Of a stretch of DNA of 46,832 nt, positions 8,348-17,566 are shown piece by piece. The notes beneath the pieces were generated by a model that did no database searches, was not told where the DNA came from, and saw nothing but the letters and a program-made list of their open reading frames with translations. Position numbers and translations under genes: made by a program. Source of the DNA: Candidatus Staskawiczbacteria bacterium (GTDB taxonomy: Bacteria; Patescibacteriota; Minisyncoccia; Minisyncoccales; Staskawiczbacteraceae); assembly GCA_903928565.1 (NCBI GenBank), contig CAIYRH010000009.1, positions 1 to 46,832 on the forward strand, in the 5' to 3' direction. Position 1 is the stretch's first letter, and the number at the start of each line of letters is the position of its first letter.

Positions 8348-8975
8348 AAAATACTTAACAAGTAAATATTTTGTGTGGTCAGCAATTTTGGGTTCAATTT
8401 TTCTGGCTTTTAGCTTGTTTGTTGAATATTCTGCCAGCCTGTACGCCACCGAACAACAAAGTAGCCCCGTCACCGACATCATTTTAAGCAACACCCCAAT
8501 TTACAACGTAGCCGACATTTTTATATACGGTTTTTTTGCCCTAATTTTATTTATAATTGTCATTTGCGTAATCAAACCAGAAAGAATTTTATTTGTGCTA
8601 AAAAGTTCTACTGTTTTTATTTTAATACGGTCTGCGTTTATTAGTTTAACGCATGTTGGCATCTACCCAAACATAATTTCCTCACAATTTGGAGTTTTCA
8701 AAAGCATCACTTCTGGTGGCGATTTGTTTTTTTCAGGCCACACTGGTTTCCCCTTCTTAATGGCCTTAATATTCTGGCAAGAAAAGAAATTACGCTATGT
8801 ATTTATTGCAATTTCTGTTATATTAGGGTTAGCAGGTTTATTGGGGCACTACCATTATTCCATAGATGTTATTGCAGCATTCTTTATTACTTATGGCATT
8901 TATCACATTTGCTTAAAATTATTTAAAAAAGATTATAAAACAATAAAAGAAAATGAATATGAACATAACAGATAA
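8337..8975 (+). CDS. PAP2-superfamily membrane protein with sphingomyelin-synthase-like motifs
   Basis: GDLFFSGHT and HYHYSIDV resemble the SMS D3/D4 motifs. Multiple TM segments. Confidence 0.75.
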   Translation: MDYKKYLTSKYFVWSAILGSIFLAFSLFVEYSASLYATEQQSSPVTDIILSNTPIYNVADIFIYGFFALILFIIVICVIKPERILFVLKSSTVFILIRSAFISLTHVGIYPNIISSQFGVFKSITSGGDLFFSGHTGFPFLMALIFWQEKKLRYVFIAISVILGLAGLLGHYHYSIDVIAAFFITYGIYHICLKLFKKDYKTIKENEYEHNR

Positions 8976-9273
8976 AAATTTTGAAGAACAATTAAGCGCC
9001 ACAGACAAATTTGTACTGGTAGATTTTTTTGCCACTTGGTGCGGGCCCTGCCAGGTTTTAGGGCCAGTGCTGGAAAGAGTTGCCGAGCAATTTAAGGAAA
9101 ACGTTGTTTTGTGGAAAGTTAACGTAGACGACATCCCCACCACATCACAAAAATTTAATGTAGAAAAAATTCCTACGGTTGTCTTGTTTAAAAAAGGCAA
9201 GCAAGTTGACACTTTTGTTGGCCTAATACCGGAAAATTCTATTAAGGCTTGGCTAGAAAATTTAATTAAATAA
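8953..9273 (+). CDS. trxA: Thioredoxin
   Basis: VDFFATWCGPC active site and IPT cis-Pro loop. Start could be 8959. Confidence 0.93.
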   Translation: MNMNITDKNFEEQLSATDKFVLVDFFATWCGPCQVLGPVLERVAEQFKENVVLWKVNVDDIPTTSQKFNVEKIPTVVLFKKGKQVDTFVGLIPENSIKAWLENLIK

Positions 9274-9280
9274 AAAAATA

Positions 9281-9556
9281 ATGGAAAAAGAAGAAATTGT
9301 AAATAAATTAAAACAAGAATTTACTGACCATGCAAAGGCTAGTGGGTTTAAATTAAATCCAGACGAGAAAGTAGTAAACAGAATTATAGATGGTCTTTTA
9401 AGAAATGAAGAAAAATATGGAGCCCAATATTGCCCATGCAGGCGAGTTACAGGAGACAAAGCAGAAGATGCAAAAAAAATCTGCCCCTGCGAATGGCATA
9501 AAAGTGAAGTTGCCAAAGACGGGCATTGTTTTTGCAATTTATACGTAAAAAATTAA
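9281..9556 (+). CDS. Ferredoxin:thioredoxin reductase catalytic-subunit-like protein
   Basis: YCPCR, ICPCEW and HCFCNLY give the three CxC motifs of the FTR beta chain. Confidence 0.85.
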   Translation: MEKEEIVNKLKQEFTDHAKASGFKLNPDEKVVNRIIDGLLRNEEKYGAQYCPCRRVTGDKAEDAKKICPCEWHKSEVAKDGHCFCNLYVKN

Positions 9557-10540
9557 ATGATTGTAGACGACATAAAAATAATGGTTTCGGCTGGCCATGG
9601 CGGAAAAGGCATGTCTACTTTTAGTAAAATAAAATTTGTTTTAGGGCCAACTGGCGGCAATGGTGGAATTGGCGGAAATGTTTTTCTAGAAGGTTGCGCC
9701 GATTTGGGAGCCTTAAGAAAATTTCGTTTTAAAAAAGACTACAACGCCAAAGACGGCGAAAATGGAAAATCCGGCCTCCACGACGGCAAAAATGCCGATG
9801 ACTTTATTTTATTAGTGCCCGTAGGTACGGTTTGCCATAATATTACAGCCCACAAAGACATAGAAATTACAAAAATTGGCCAGCGCGAGTTGGTGGCAAA
9901 GGGCGGAATTGGTGGAAAAGGCAACTGGTATTTTAGAAGTGCAACAAACACCAGCCCAAGGCAATTCCAAGAAGGCAAACCCGGCGAGCGTTTTGAATTA
10001 CACCTAGAACTTAAAATGATCGCCGATGTTGGTTTTGTAGGCCTTCCAAACGTTGGAAAATCTAGCCTGCTTAACGAATTAACCAAAGCCAACGCTAAGG
10101 TTGCCAATTACCCATTTACCACCTTAGAGCCTAATTTGGGCGTTTACTACGACCTAATTTTAGCCGACATCCCAGGAATAATCGAGGGCGCTTCAACTGG
10201 CAAAGGACTTGGCATTAAATTTTTAAAACATATAGAACGCACAAAAGTTTTGTTTCATTTTATTTCCGCAGATTCGGCTAGTCCCCTGCAAGACTACAAA
10301 ACAATTAGGCAAGAACTTGAAACTTACAGCACGGCCCTTTTAGAAAAACCAGAATACATTTTCTTAAGCAAAAGCGATGTTGTTGATGAAAAAATAATTT
10401 TAAATATAGAAAAAGAATTTCAAAAATTTGGCAAAACCGCCACTCCAATTTCAATAATAGACACTAACAGTATTTCGAGCGTTAAAGAAATCCTAAACCA
10501 ACTAATCAAGGAAAAGAATATTGCAGAAAGTAACAATTAA
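9557..10540 (+). CDS. obgE: GTPase ObgE (short, no C-terminal extension)
   Basis: Gly-rich Obg fold (GPTGGNGGIGG), DVGFVGLPNVGKSS, YPFTTLEPNLG, DIPGIIEGA, FLKHIERT. Confidence 0.95.
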   Translation: MIVDDIKIMVSAGHGGKGMSTFSKIKFVLGPTGGNGGIGGNVFLEGCADLGALRKFRFKKDYNAKDGENGKSGLHDGKNADDFILLVPVGTVCHNITAHKDIEITKIGQRELVAKGGIGGKGNWYFRSATNTSPRQFQEGKPGERFELHLELKMIADVGFVGLPNVGKSSLLNELTKANAKVANYPFTTLEPNLGVYYDLILADIPGIIEGASTGKGLGIKFLKHIERTKVLFHFISADSASPLQDYKTIRQELETYSTALLEKPEYIFLSKSDVVDEKIILNIEKEFQKFGKTATPISIIDTNSISSVKEILNQLIKEKNIAESNN

Positions 10541-10582
10541 GTGGTAAAATTAGTTAATAGTAATTAACAAAAAATTTATTAC

Positions 10583-10894
10583 ATGAATTTTACATCATTT
10601 ATAGAAATACTGGTTGCTATTGTTGTTGCCTATTTTCTGCTAAAGTTTATAGTAAGCCCTGTCATTAAAATTGTAGTGGGCATTATAATAATTTTCGTTT
10701 TCATTTACCTTTTGCAACGGTTCTTTGGCTTTAATTTAAACAATGTTTTGTCGCCATTTGGCATAACAGTAGACTTAAACAAATGGCAAATGAATTTTGG
10801 TTGGCTTTTAAGCCCATTAAATTACATTGCAAACCAGGCAGATAATTTTTTAAACTTTATTTGGCAAAATATTACTAAATCTATTAAAACATAA
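10583..10894 (+). CDS. Hypothetical membrane protein (103 aa)
   Basis: Two N-terminal hydrophobic helices. Confidence 0.7.
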   Translation: MNFTSFIEILVAIVVAYFLLKFIVSPVIKIVVGIIIIFVFIYLLQRFFGFNLNNVLSPFGITVDLNKWQMNFGWLLSPLNYIANQADNFLNFIWQNITKSIKT

Positions 10895-10899
10895 AAAAA

Positions 10900-11034
10900 A
10901 TGACAACTTTTGGAGTAATCGCTTTAGCCGTAATTAATTTCTTAACCGTTCCAACATGGCATTTAGTTGTGCTTTATGTTATTTTGTTTTTAATTGTCGT
11001 GTGGTTCATGGTAAAATCTTGGGGTTTTAGCTAA
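10900..11034 (+). CDS. Putative 44-aa membrane protein, not in the ORF track
   Basis: Hand translation: MTTFGVIALAVINFLTVPTWHLVVLYVILFLIVVWFMVKSWGFS*. Fills the gap 5 nt after the previous stop. Confidence 0.5.
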   Translation: MTTFGVIALAVINFLTVPTWHLVVLYVILFLIVVWFMVKSWGFS

Positions 11035-11078
11035 TAAAAAGGTCGCAGAAATTATTAATTTATTAATTTTATAAAAAT

Positions 11079-11468
11079 ATGGAACTTGTAAATTACTTAG
11101 CATCAGTTTGGGGAATTTCTATTGTAATAGTATCGCTTGCCGTTCTATTTAAACCAAATTACCTCAAATTAACATTTGCGGGCGTAGAAAAGGAAGCAAC
11201 TATGTTTAATTGGGGCGTTATCAGTTTAGTTTTGGGAGTTGCCACGGTTCTGGCCTACAATGTTTGGGGCTCTAGTTGGCAGGTTATAATTACAATTATT
11301 GGCTGGCTTGCCTTGCTAAAAGGAATTGCCATTTTATTTGCACCCGAACAAATTAAAAAGTGGGCAAAAAAAATTGAGAATGCGCCATTTTTACCCTACG
11401 CTGTAATGGTTTTACTTCTAATTGGGCTAATACTTACCTACCTAGGGTTTACCACGCAACAAGTTTAA
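11079..11468 (+). CDS. Integral membrane protein (129 aa, about 4 TM)
   Basis: Hydrophobic segments, W..IITIIGWLALLKG motif. Confidence 0.8.
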   Translation: MELVNYLASVWGISIVIVSLAVLFKPNYLKLTFAGVEKEATMFNWGVISLVLGVATVLAYNVWGSSWQVIITIIGWLALLKGIAILFAPEQIKKWAKKIENAPFLPYAVMVLLLIGLILTYLGFTTQQV

Positions 11469-11473
11469 GCTTA

Positions 11474-11508
11474 AAACAAAAAAGGCACCTCATGGTGCTT
11501 TTTTGTTT
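11474..11508. terminator. Bidirectional terminator between convergent genes
   Basis: AAACAAAAAAGGCACC-TCAT-GGTGCTTTTTTGTTT. Confidence 0.8.
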
Positions 11509-11517
11509 GTATAAAAT

Positions 11518-12702
11518 TTAGTAGTAATCTTTTACTTTTTTAAGCTCTTTATGCTTGCGCAATTTTTCTAAAGCCTTTGCCTGAATTTGCCTAATTCTTT
11601 CTCTGGTAACACCAAATTCCTCTCCTGTTTCTTCTAATGTGTGCATTACGCCGTCGTCTAAACCAAATCTCATTCCTAAAATTTTTAATTCCCTTGGCGT
11701 CAATTCGCTAGAAATTTCTTTTAGTCTTTCTTTCAAAAGTTTTCTAGAAGCTTCGGTGTTTGGCGCAATAGTTTTGTCGTCCCTAATAAATTCAGCCAAA
11801 ACGCTGTCTTGCTTGTCTTTGTCCTCACCAACCGGCGTTTCCAAAGAAACAGCTTTCTGCGCAATTTTTCTAATGTGGTGCACTTTATCAACTTCCAAAT
11901 CCATTTCGGCGGCAATTTCTTCTGCCAAAGGTTCTCTGCCCAATTCTTGCAAAAGGTTTTTTCTAACTTTTGTATATTTAGAAATTGTTTCAATCATGTG
12001 CACGGGAATTCTAATTGTTCTGGCTTGGTCTGCTAAAGCCCTGGTAATTGATTGCCTAATCCACCATGTTGCATAGGTTGAAAATTTGTAACCCCTTCTC
12101 CAATCAAATTTCTTAACTGCCTTAAAAAGCCCCAAATTTCCCTCTTGAATTAGGTCTAGCATTGTTAAATTTGGCGAGCGTCCAACATATTTCTTAGCAA
12201 TAGAAACAACCAGTCTTAAGTTTGCTAAAGCCAAACGGTTTTTTGCGTCTTCGTCGCCGGCTTCAATTCTTTTTGCCAATTCTTTTTCTTCTCTTGCCGA
12301 CAAAAAGCTAGACTTTCCAATTTCTTTTAAATACATTTGTATTGGGTCAATTTTTCCAACAAGCGGTTTTTTTGCCTTGGCTCCCTTGGCACCTTTTTTG
12401 GGTTTTACTTCCAAAAATTCCTGCATTTCTTTTACTTGCACGCCCCTTTCTTTAAAATCGTCGTAAACTTTTTCTAGTCCTTCAATATCGTGCTCTATTT
12501 TTGGAAAGGAATATAAAATCTCCGAGGTTGTAACAAAACCCCTTTCTTCACCCTTTTTCAAAAGCGCCTCAAGCTGAACTTGGTCAATAACCGTTTTTTT
12601 GTGCACCCTTACAACCTTGTGGACTTTCTTTCCCTTTGGCAGTTTAGTCTTTTTGGCCTTAGGGGCTTTCTTTACTGTTTTAATTTTTTTCTTTTTCTTC
12701 AT
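11518..12702 (-). CDS. rpoD: Primary sigma factor RpoD/SigA
   Basis: [46 protein letters not shown], and region 4 [19 protein letters not shown]. Confidence 0.97.
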   Translation of the reverse strand: MKKKKKIKTVKKAPKAKKTKLPKGKKVHKVVRVHKKTVIDQVQLEALLKKGEERGFVTTSEILYSFPKIEHDIEGLEKVYDDFKERGVQVKEMQEFLEVKPKKGAKGAKAKKPLVGKIDPIQMYLKEIGKSSFLSAREEKELAKRIEAGDEDAKNRLALANLRLVVSIAKKYVGRSPNLTMLDLIQEGNLGLFKAVKKFDWRRGYKFSTYATWWIRQSITRALADQARTIRIPVHMIETISKYTKVRKNLLQELGREPLAEEIAAEMDLEVDKVHHIRKIAQKAVSLETPVGEDKDKQDSVLAEFIRDDKTIAPNTEASRKLLKERLKEISSELTPRELKILGMRFGLDDGVMHTLEETGEEFGVTRERIRQIQAKALEKLRKHKELKKVKDYY

Positions 12703-12713
12703 AATATTTATAA

Positions 12714-14471
12714 TTAAACTTGGTGCAATTCCTTAGCGGCTTTATTAAATTCTCTAATTAGGTCATCTCTTTTTTGCTCATCAGGTTCTAACTGAATCGC
12801 CAAAGAGATTTTATTTAATATGTTTCTCAATTCTATATCTTTTAGCTGTAAAAGGCAAAGGTTAATCTCGTCTTCGCCGTCGTCTTCATAATCTACTTCA
12901 GCTTTTAATGCCATCACATCAAGCACATCTTTAAATTCGTCTTTTTGAATATTGGCTCCTTTTTTTATATTTTCAATTAAATTTCTTGTTTTTTCTTCAA
13001 ATAACGCGTGGTGCGCGTCTTCAATTAAATGTAAATTTTCAGGATTTTTTAAAACCAATGAAATAATTTTATCTTCCACCAACTTTTTTCTTCCCTCCGC
13101 CGACGAACCCTTCACCTCTGCTATTCTAGTGTTCTCAAGAACATTAGAATGTGAACTATCATCAAGTTTAGTGTTCTTCAGCTCTTCTAAAATTGCTTCC
13201 TGGCTAACACCCAACCTTGCCACTAATTTTTGAATCCAGTGCGACTGTTCAATTTTGTTTTGCAGGCGCTTAATAGCCGGCAGAATTAATTTTCCAATTT
13301 CTTTTTTATCTTTAGGATTATTCTTATCAAACTTTGTAAAAGCAGAATCAAAATAATAGTCCATAATTGCACGCACTTTTTCTAAAGATGCTTTCCAGTT
13401 CTCGGGGTTTTCTAAAATAATTTCAGCCGGGTCTTTGGCCTGCCTGCCGTCAGGCATGGCACCAGAATATGTGTCAATTACTTTTATATTAAACCCCTGC
13501 ATCTCAGCTAAATTAATGCCCCTTTTTGTGGCAGTGTCTCCTGCCGAATCCATATCAAAAGCCAAAAGCAAGTTGTCGGTGTATCTTTTTAAAATACTTA
13601 AATGCCTCTCTGTTAAGGCCGTACCCGAAACTGCCACCGTGTTTTCAAAACCTGCTTGCTGACACATTATTGCATCTGTGTTGCCTTCTGTTAAAACGCA
13701 CTGGTTATTTTTTCTAATTGCAACTTTTGCAAAATTTAAACCATAAAGCACGTTGCTTTTATCGTAAAGAATAGTTTGGGGCGTATTTATATATTTTGCC
13801 GTTTCTTTTTTATCGGCGTCTTTAAAAATTCTTGCGGTAAACCCAACCACTTGCGAATTTAAATCTAAAATTGGAAAAATAATTCTGCCACGAAATCTGT
13901 CATATGGGTTGTTGCCTTTATCTGAAGGCACTGCCAAACCGGCTTTTACAATTTCGTCTCTAGTGTAGCCGCGCCCCACCAAAAAGTCAGACAAGCCCTG
14001 CCAAGTGTCGGGTGAGTACCCAAGACGCCATTTTTTAAGGCTTTCTTCTGTAATGCCCCTTTTTAGCAAATATTCTTTGGCGTCTTTGCCGTAAGTTGAA
14101 TTTCCCAACTGTTTTTCAAAAAAAGAACAAGCTAAATCACAAATTTCATACAATCTTTTTCTTTCACTAGACACCTGAGGGTTTTCTCTTTTTAATTCTA
14201 CGCCCGCCTTGTTTGCCAAAAGTCTTAAAGCATCTCCAAATTCTACCCCTTCAATTTCTTTTATGAATTCAAAAATGTCTCCCCCCTTTCCACAACCAAA
14301 ACATTTCCACATTTGCCTGCCGGGGCTCACAAAAAACGACGGCCCTTTTTCCGAATGAAACGGGCAAATCCCCCGGTAATTAATGCCGGTTTTAGTAAGC
14401 TTAACGTAACCGCCCACAATGTCTAAAACATTAAGCTTATCTTTAACTTGTTGTACTTGCGAATCTGTCAT
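12714..14471 (-). CDS. dnaG: DNA primase
   Basis: CHC2 zinc finger (CPFH...CFGC), KYINTPQT, and TOPRIM EG..D and FDMDSAG. Confidence 0.97.
   Translation of the reverse strand: MTDSQVQQVKDKLNVLDIVGGYVKLTKTGINYRGICPFHSEKGPSFFVSPGRQMWKCFGCGKGGDIFEFIKEIEGVEFGDALRLLANKAGVELKRENPQVSSERKRLYEICDLACSFFEKQLGNSTYGKDAKEYLLKRGITEESLKKWRLGYSPDTWQGLSDFLVGRGYTRDEIVKAGLAVPSDKGNNPYDRFRGRIIFPILDLNSQVVGFTARIFKDADKKETAKYINTPQTILYDKSNVLYGLNFAKVAIRKNNQCVLTEGNTDAIMCQQAGFENTVAVSGTALTERHLSILKRYTDNLLLAFDMDSAGDTATKRGINLAEMQGFNIKVIDTYSGAMPDGRQAKDPAEIILENPENWKASLEKVRAIMDYYFDSAFTKFDKNNPKDKKEIGKLILPAIKRLQNKIEQSHWIQKLVARLGVSQEAILEELKNTKLDDSSHSNVLENTRIAEVKGSSAEGRKKLVEDKIISLVLKNPENLHLIEDAHHALFEEKTRNLIENIKKGANIQKDEFKDVLDVMALKAEVDYEDDGEDEINLCLLQLKDIELRNILNKISLAIQLEPDEQKRDDLIREFNKAAKELHQV
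13438..13460 (-). repeat. In-frame GCCATGCCTGACGGCAGGCAGGC repeat inside dnaG
   Basis: 16/20 match to the intergenic copy at 25057-25076. Encodes AMPDGRQA. Confidence 0.65.
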
Positions 14472-14472
14472 T

Positions 14473-14973
14473 TTATGTCTGCTTATTCCTTATGTCTTCA
14501 GCTAATTTTTTTAATTTTTCCGGATCTGCCATTACCCCACTGCCCGAAGAAATCCACCCTTCATATTTATCAAACCAAAATTGCTTACCGCTTAAAATTT
14601 GGGCCCAGCCACCGTTCTTAAACGCTTCTGTTCCGTGCATAGGAATAAGTTTTATGTGCGCGTGGTTTATGCCCATCCCCTCAACAATCATTCCCACCCT
14701 GCCCACATCGGCAAAATAATTTTCTAGAATACTTCCTACTTTTTTTGCCGCTACAATAAATTCTTGCAGAGCGTTGTCTGGCATTTTCAAAACATCGCTA
14801 CCATAATGTTGTTTTGGAATTACACAAGAAAAACCTTCGGTGTTTGGGTCAATAGACAAAAAAGCCATAAAATTTTTGTCTTCCCAAAAAATACCTGGCG
14901 TTTTAATATTTCCGGCAGCTATTTCGCAAAAAACACACTTGTCGTCACTTGTTTTTGGGTTATACTCTGCCAT
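14473..14973 (-). CDS. HIT-family protein
   Basis: CVFCEI N-terminus, LSIDPNTEGFSCVIPKQH, variant motif HAHIK. Confidence 0.85.
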   Translation of the reverse strand: MAEYNPKTSDDKCVFCEIAAGNIKTPGIFWEDKNFMAFLSIDPNTEGFSCVIPKQHYGSDVLKMPDNALQEFIVAAKKVGSILENYFADVGRVGMIVEGMGINHAHIKLIPMHGTEAFKNGGWAQILSGKQFWFDKYEGWISSGSGVMADPEKLKKLAEDIRNKQT

Positions 14974-14991
14974 TTTATTGCTTTAATAATC

Positions 14992-15333
14992 TTATTTACA
15001 GTCTTGTGGACAGTTACATTCGTTCTCTCTGCTTTGTTCGTCGCAGACGCCGTTTCCGCATTTACTAGTACATATTGTAACTGAACCCGGTGCCGGCATA
15101 GAAACGCACTTCCCACCATATTTCAAACTCTCTAATGCCTTTAGGCCACTGCAACATTTTGTCATGCAATTGACGCAACTGCCCACAGTCTCACCGTCCT
15201 TGGCACAATTATTTTCACTAACAACCGGAACAACTGGAGCAACGACTTTTCCATTTGAAAAATATAAATTTGCTATTAATATAATTGCAACAATTAGTAT
15301 TATTAAAAATAAAATATAAATATTTTTCTTCAT
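14992..15333 (-). CDS. Exported Cys-rich protein (113 aa)
   Basis: N-terminal signal/anchor, many Cys, CGNGVCD..E..CNCPQDC motif. Confidence 0.8.
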   Translation of the reverse strand: MKKNIYILFLIILIVAIILIANLYFSNGKVVAPVVPVVSENNCAKDGETVGSCVNCMTKCCSGLKALESLKYGGKCVSMPAPGSVTICTSKCGNGVCDEQSRENECNCPQDCK

Positions 15334-15335
15334 AT

Positions 15336-16133
15336 TTATTTTACTTGATAAGTTAAATTGATTGTGACATCAATTTCTTGTTGCCCTGGTTGAATTGTAG
15401 GAACCGCTACCGCATCGGGAGCATTTGCTACACCCTTACCCATGGCGCTATACATTACAGGGTATGGACCAGAATTTTCAAAAACATTAATTAACTTTCC
15501 TAAATTAATACCAGATTCTTTTGCTAAATTATTTGCATTGGCTTTTGCTTGTTTAATTGCTTCTGCTCTCGCCTGATCGTGAAATTTTTCTGGGTTCTCA
15601 ATTGTAAATTGCAAATCACCAATCGTGTTAGCCCCACTGGCCGTTGCTTTGGCCAAAACATCTCCAATTTTTGTAAAATCTCTTATTTTTACCTGTATAT
15701 CTTGCTCTAATTTATAACCTGTTAAAGTTGTACCATTGCCCCCAATTATGTTTGGGTACATCATTGGAACAGGTGCGTAAATTACAGAATTTTCATAAAC
15801 TGGCGTTAAACTATAATTTGTTGTTTGAATATCTTTTTCGTCAACCTTTAATGCCTTTATTGCATTGATAACAGTATTCATTTTTGCTGTATTGCTTTTT
15901 GTAACTTCTGCAACTGTTTTGCCATCTGTTGCAACTCCAAAACTTACTGTGGCAATGTCCGGTTTTGCATAGATTTTTCCTTCACCAGAAACCGTTATTT
16001 GATTTTGATTTTGCTGATCAACTGCCTTACTTTGCAAACCCAATTGACCTAACAAAAACACAACTAACGCTCCCACTAAGATGGCCACCATTAATTGGCC
16101 ACGCTTAATAAAAATTTGTAATTGTTCATCCAT
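15336..16133 (-). CDS. SIMPL-domain (DUF541/YggE-like) protein
   Basis: ITVSGEGKIYAKPDIA, ATASGANTIG, ARAEAIKQAKANA, IQPGQQEIDVTINLTY. Confidence 0.9.
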   Translation of the reverse strand: MDEQLQIFIKRGQLMVAILVGALVVFLLGQLGLQSKAVDQQNQNQITVSGEGKIYAKPDIATVSFGVATDGKTVAEVTKSNTAKMNTVINAIKALKVDEKDIQTTNYSLTPVYENSVIYAPVPMMYPNIIGGNGTTLTGYKLEQDIQVKIRDFTKIGDVLAKATASGANTIGDLQFTIENPEKFHDQARAEAIKQAKANANNLAKESGINLGKLINVFENSGPYPVMYSAMGKGVANAPDAVAVPTIQPGQQEIDVTINLTYQVK

Positions 16134-16171
16134 ATTTTTATATCTAATTTTATTTATTCAATTAGATATTT

Positions 16172-16432
16172 TTAGTTTTTTACATTTTTTAATAATATAT
16201 CACGGTATTGTCTGTGAAATAAACGTCTGCCTTCTGTACTTTTCAAAAATTTTTCTCTACGCATCGCATCACTTTTCAATAAATAAGATTCATAACCAAT
16301 TAAAATTGGCAACAACTTTTTGGTTGATTCAACCTTTCCGGATTCATGCTCGCTCATTCTTCTCTTTAAATTATCCGTGCATCCAGTATATACTTTATCG
16401 GTTTTTAATAAAAGAAAATATACGTAATACAT
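16172..16432 (-). CDS. Small GIY-YIG nuclease-family protein (86 aa)
   Basis: MYYVYFL..KVYTGCT.NLKRR.SEH..G..STK and REKFLKS. The annotated upstream extension lies inside the tRNA, so the start is ATG 16432. Confidence 0.85.
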   Translation of the reverse strand: MYYVYFLLLKTDKVYTGCTDNLKRRMSEHESGKVESTKKLLPILIGYESYLLKSDAMRREKFLKSTEGRRLFHRQYRDILLKNVKN

Positions 16433-16446
16433 AAATACGAGCTTTG

Positions 16447-16530
16447 CGGAGGAGGTGGGACTCGAACCCACGAGACCCGTGAGGGTCACAGCTTTCCAAG
16501 CTGTTGTAATGGCCACTATACGACTCCTCC
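16447..16530 (-). tRNA. trnS: tRNA-Ser (GGA), CCA not encoded
   Basis: GGAGGAG/CTCCTCC acceptor, ACAGC-TTGGAAA-GCTGT anticodon arm, long variable arm, GGTTCGAGTCC T arm. Confidence 0.96.
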
Positions 16531-16535
16531 AATTT

Positions 16536-17444
16536 TTAAACTTCCATATCTCTTAATATTTTTATTCTTTCTTCAACGGGTGGGTGGGTATCAAATAATT
16601 TTGTAAACCAATGTTTTTTCTGTTCGCCTTTATAAGGCGAATCAATAAATAAACTTGCCGTTGCGTCGTTGGTAATTTTCATTGGGTTTGGGTCTTGTGA
16701 AATTTTTTCTAAGGCGCGTGCCAAACCTTCAGGGAAACGTGTTAACAGGGCGCCATCGGCGTCGGCTAAAAATTCTCTTTTTCTTGAAATTGCCAATTGC
16801 ACCAAGGTTGCTGCAATAGGCGCCAAAATTGCCGCAACAATTCCTAAAACCATTAAAATTGCACCGGCATCTCCATTATTATCATTAGACCTTCTTCTAC
16901 CACCGCCCCAAAAACTAATTCGCATAAACATATTCGCCAAAATTGCAATTGTACCTGCCAAAACCGCCACTACGGTGCTAAGCAACATATCTTTGTTTCC
17001 AATGTGTGAAAGTTCGTGCGCTAATACTCCCTGCAATTCTGTTTTATCTAGCCGTTGCAAAAGCCCTTGTGTTACACAAACAACTGCGTGGTTTTTATCT
17101 CTACCGGTAGCAAAAGCGTTTGGTTGAATTTCGGGAATTACATAAATTCTTGGCAATGGTAACCCAGCCGTAATGCATAAATTTTCGACAACATTATAAA
17201 GTGTGGGGTTGTCTTTTTTTTCTATAGGCTGGGCTTTATACATTCCTAAAACAATTTTGTCGCTCCACCAGTAACTTCCAAAACTCATAAACACGCTTAG
17301 AAATATAGCCACATATAAAATGGCACTGCTATTTTCTAAATAAGAGAACAACCAGCCCAAAGCTATTATAAAGACCAAAAACCCAGTTAATAAAAACCAG
17401 GTTTTGCGAGTGTTTGAATCTGCTTGCGTATATATACTTGCCAT
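16536..17444 (-). CDS. htpX: Zinc metalloprotease HtpX (M48)
   Basis: PNAFATGR, HELSH, SRKREFLADA, THPPVEERI. Confidence 0.95.
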   Translation of the reverse strand: MASIYTQADSNTRKTWFLLTGFLVFIIALGWLFSYLENSSAILYVAIFLSVFMSFGSYWWSDKIVLGMYKAQPIEKKDNPTLYNVVENLCITAGLPLPRIYVIPEIQPNAFATGRDKNHAVVCVTQGLLQRLDKTELQGVLAHELSHIGNKDMLLSTVVAVLAGTIAILANMFMRISFWGGGRRRSNDNNGDAGAILMVLGIVAAILAPIAATLVQLAISRKREFLADADGALLTRFPEGLARALEKISQDPNPMKITNDATASLFIDSPYKGEQKKHWFTKLFDTHPPVEERIKILRDMEV

Positions 17445-17448
17445 AATA

Positions 17449-17566
17449 CTTTTACTTCGTAAAAGAAACTCGAAATTCGAATATCGAAATTAGAAACATG
17501 TTTTGAATATTATATATTTTGAAAATTCTAATTTGTTTCGGATTTCGGATTTCGTACTTAGAATTT
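17449..17566. repeat. Heptamer-periodic inverted-repeat element between lemA and htpX
   Basis: CGAAATT/CGAATAT units face TTTCGGA units. Overlaps the lemA stop and ends in a CTTTTAC-TTC-GTAAAAG hairpin. Confidence 0.7.

Noticed and set aside
16433-16516. N-terminal extension of the GIY-YIG ORF
   Set aside because: It is the tRNA-Ser sequence read as codons.
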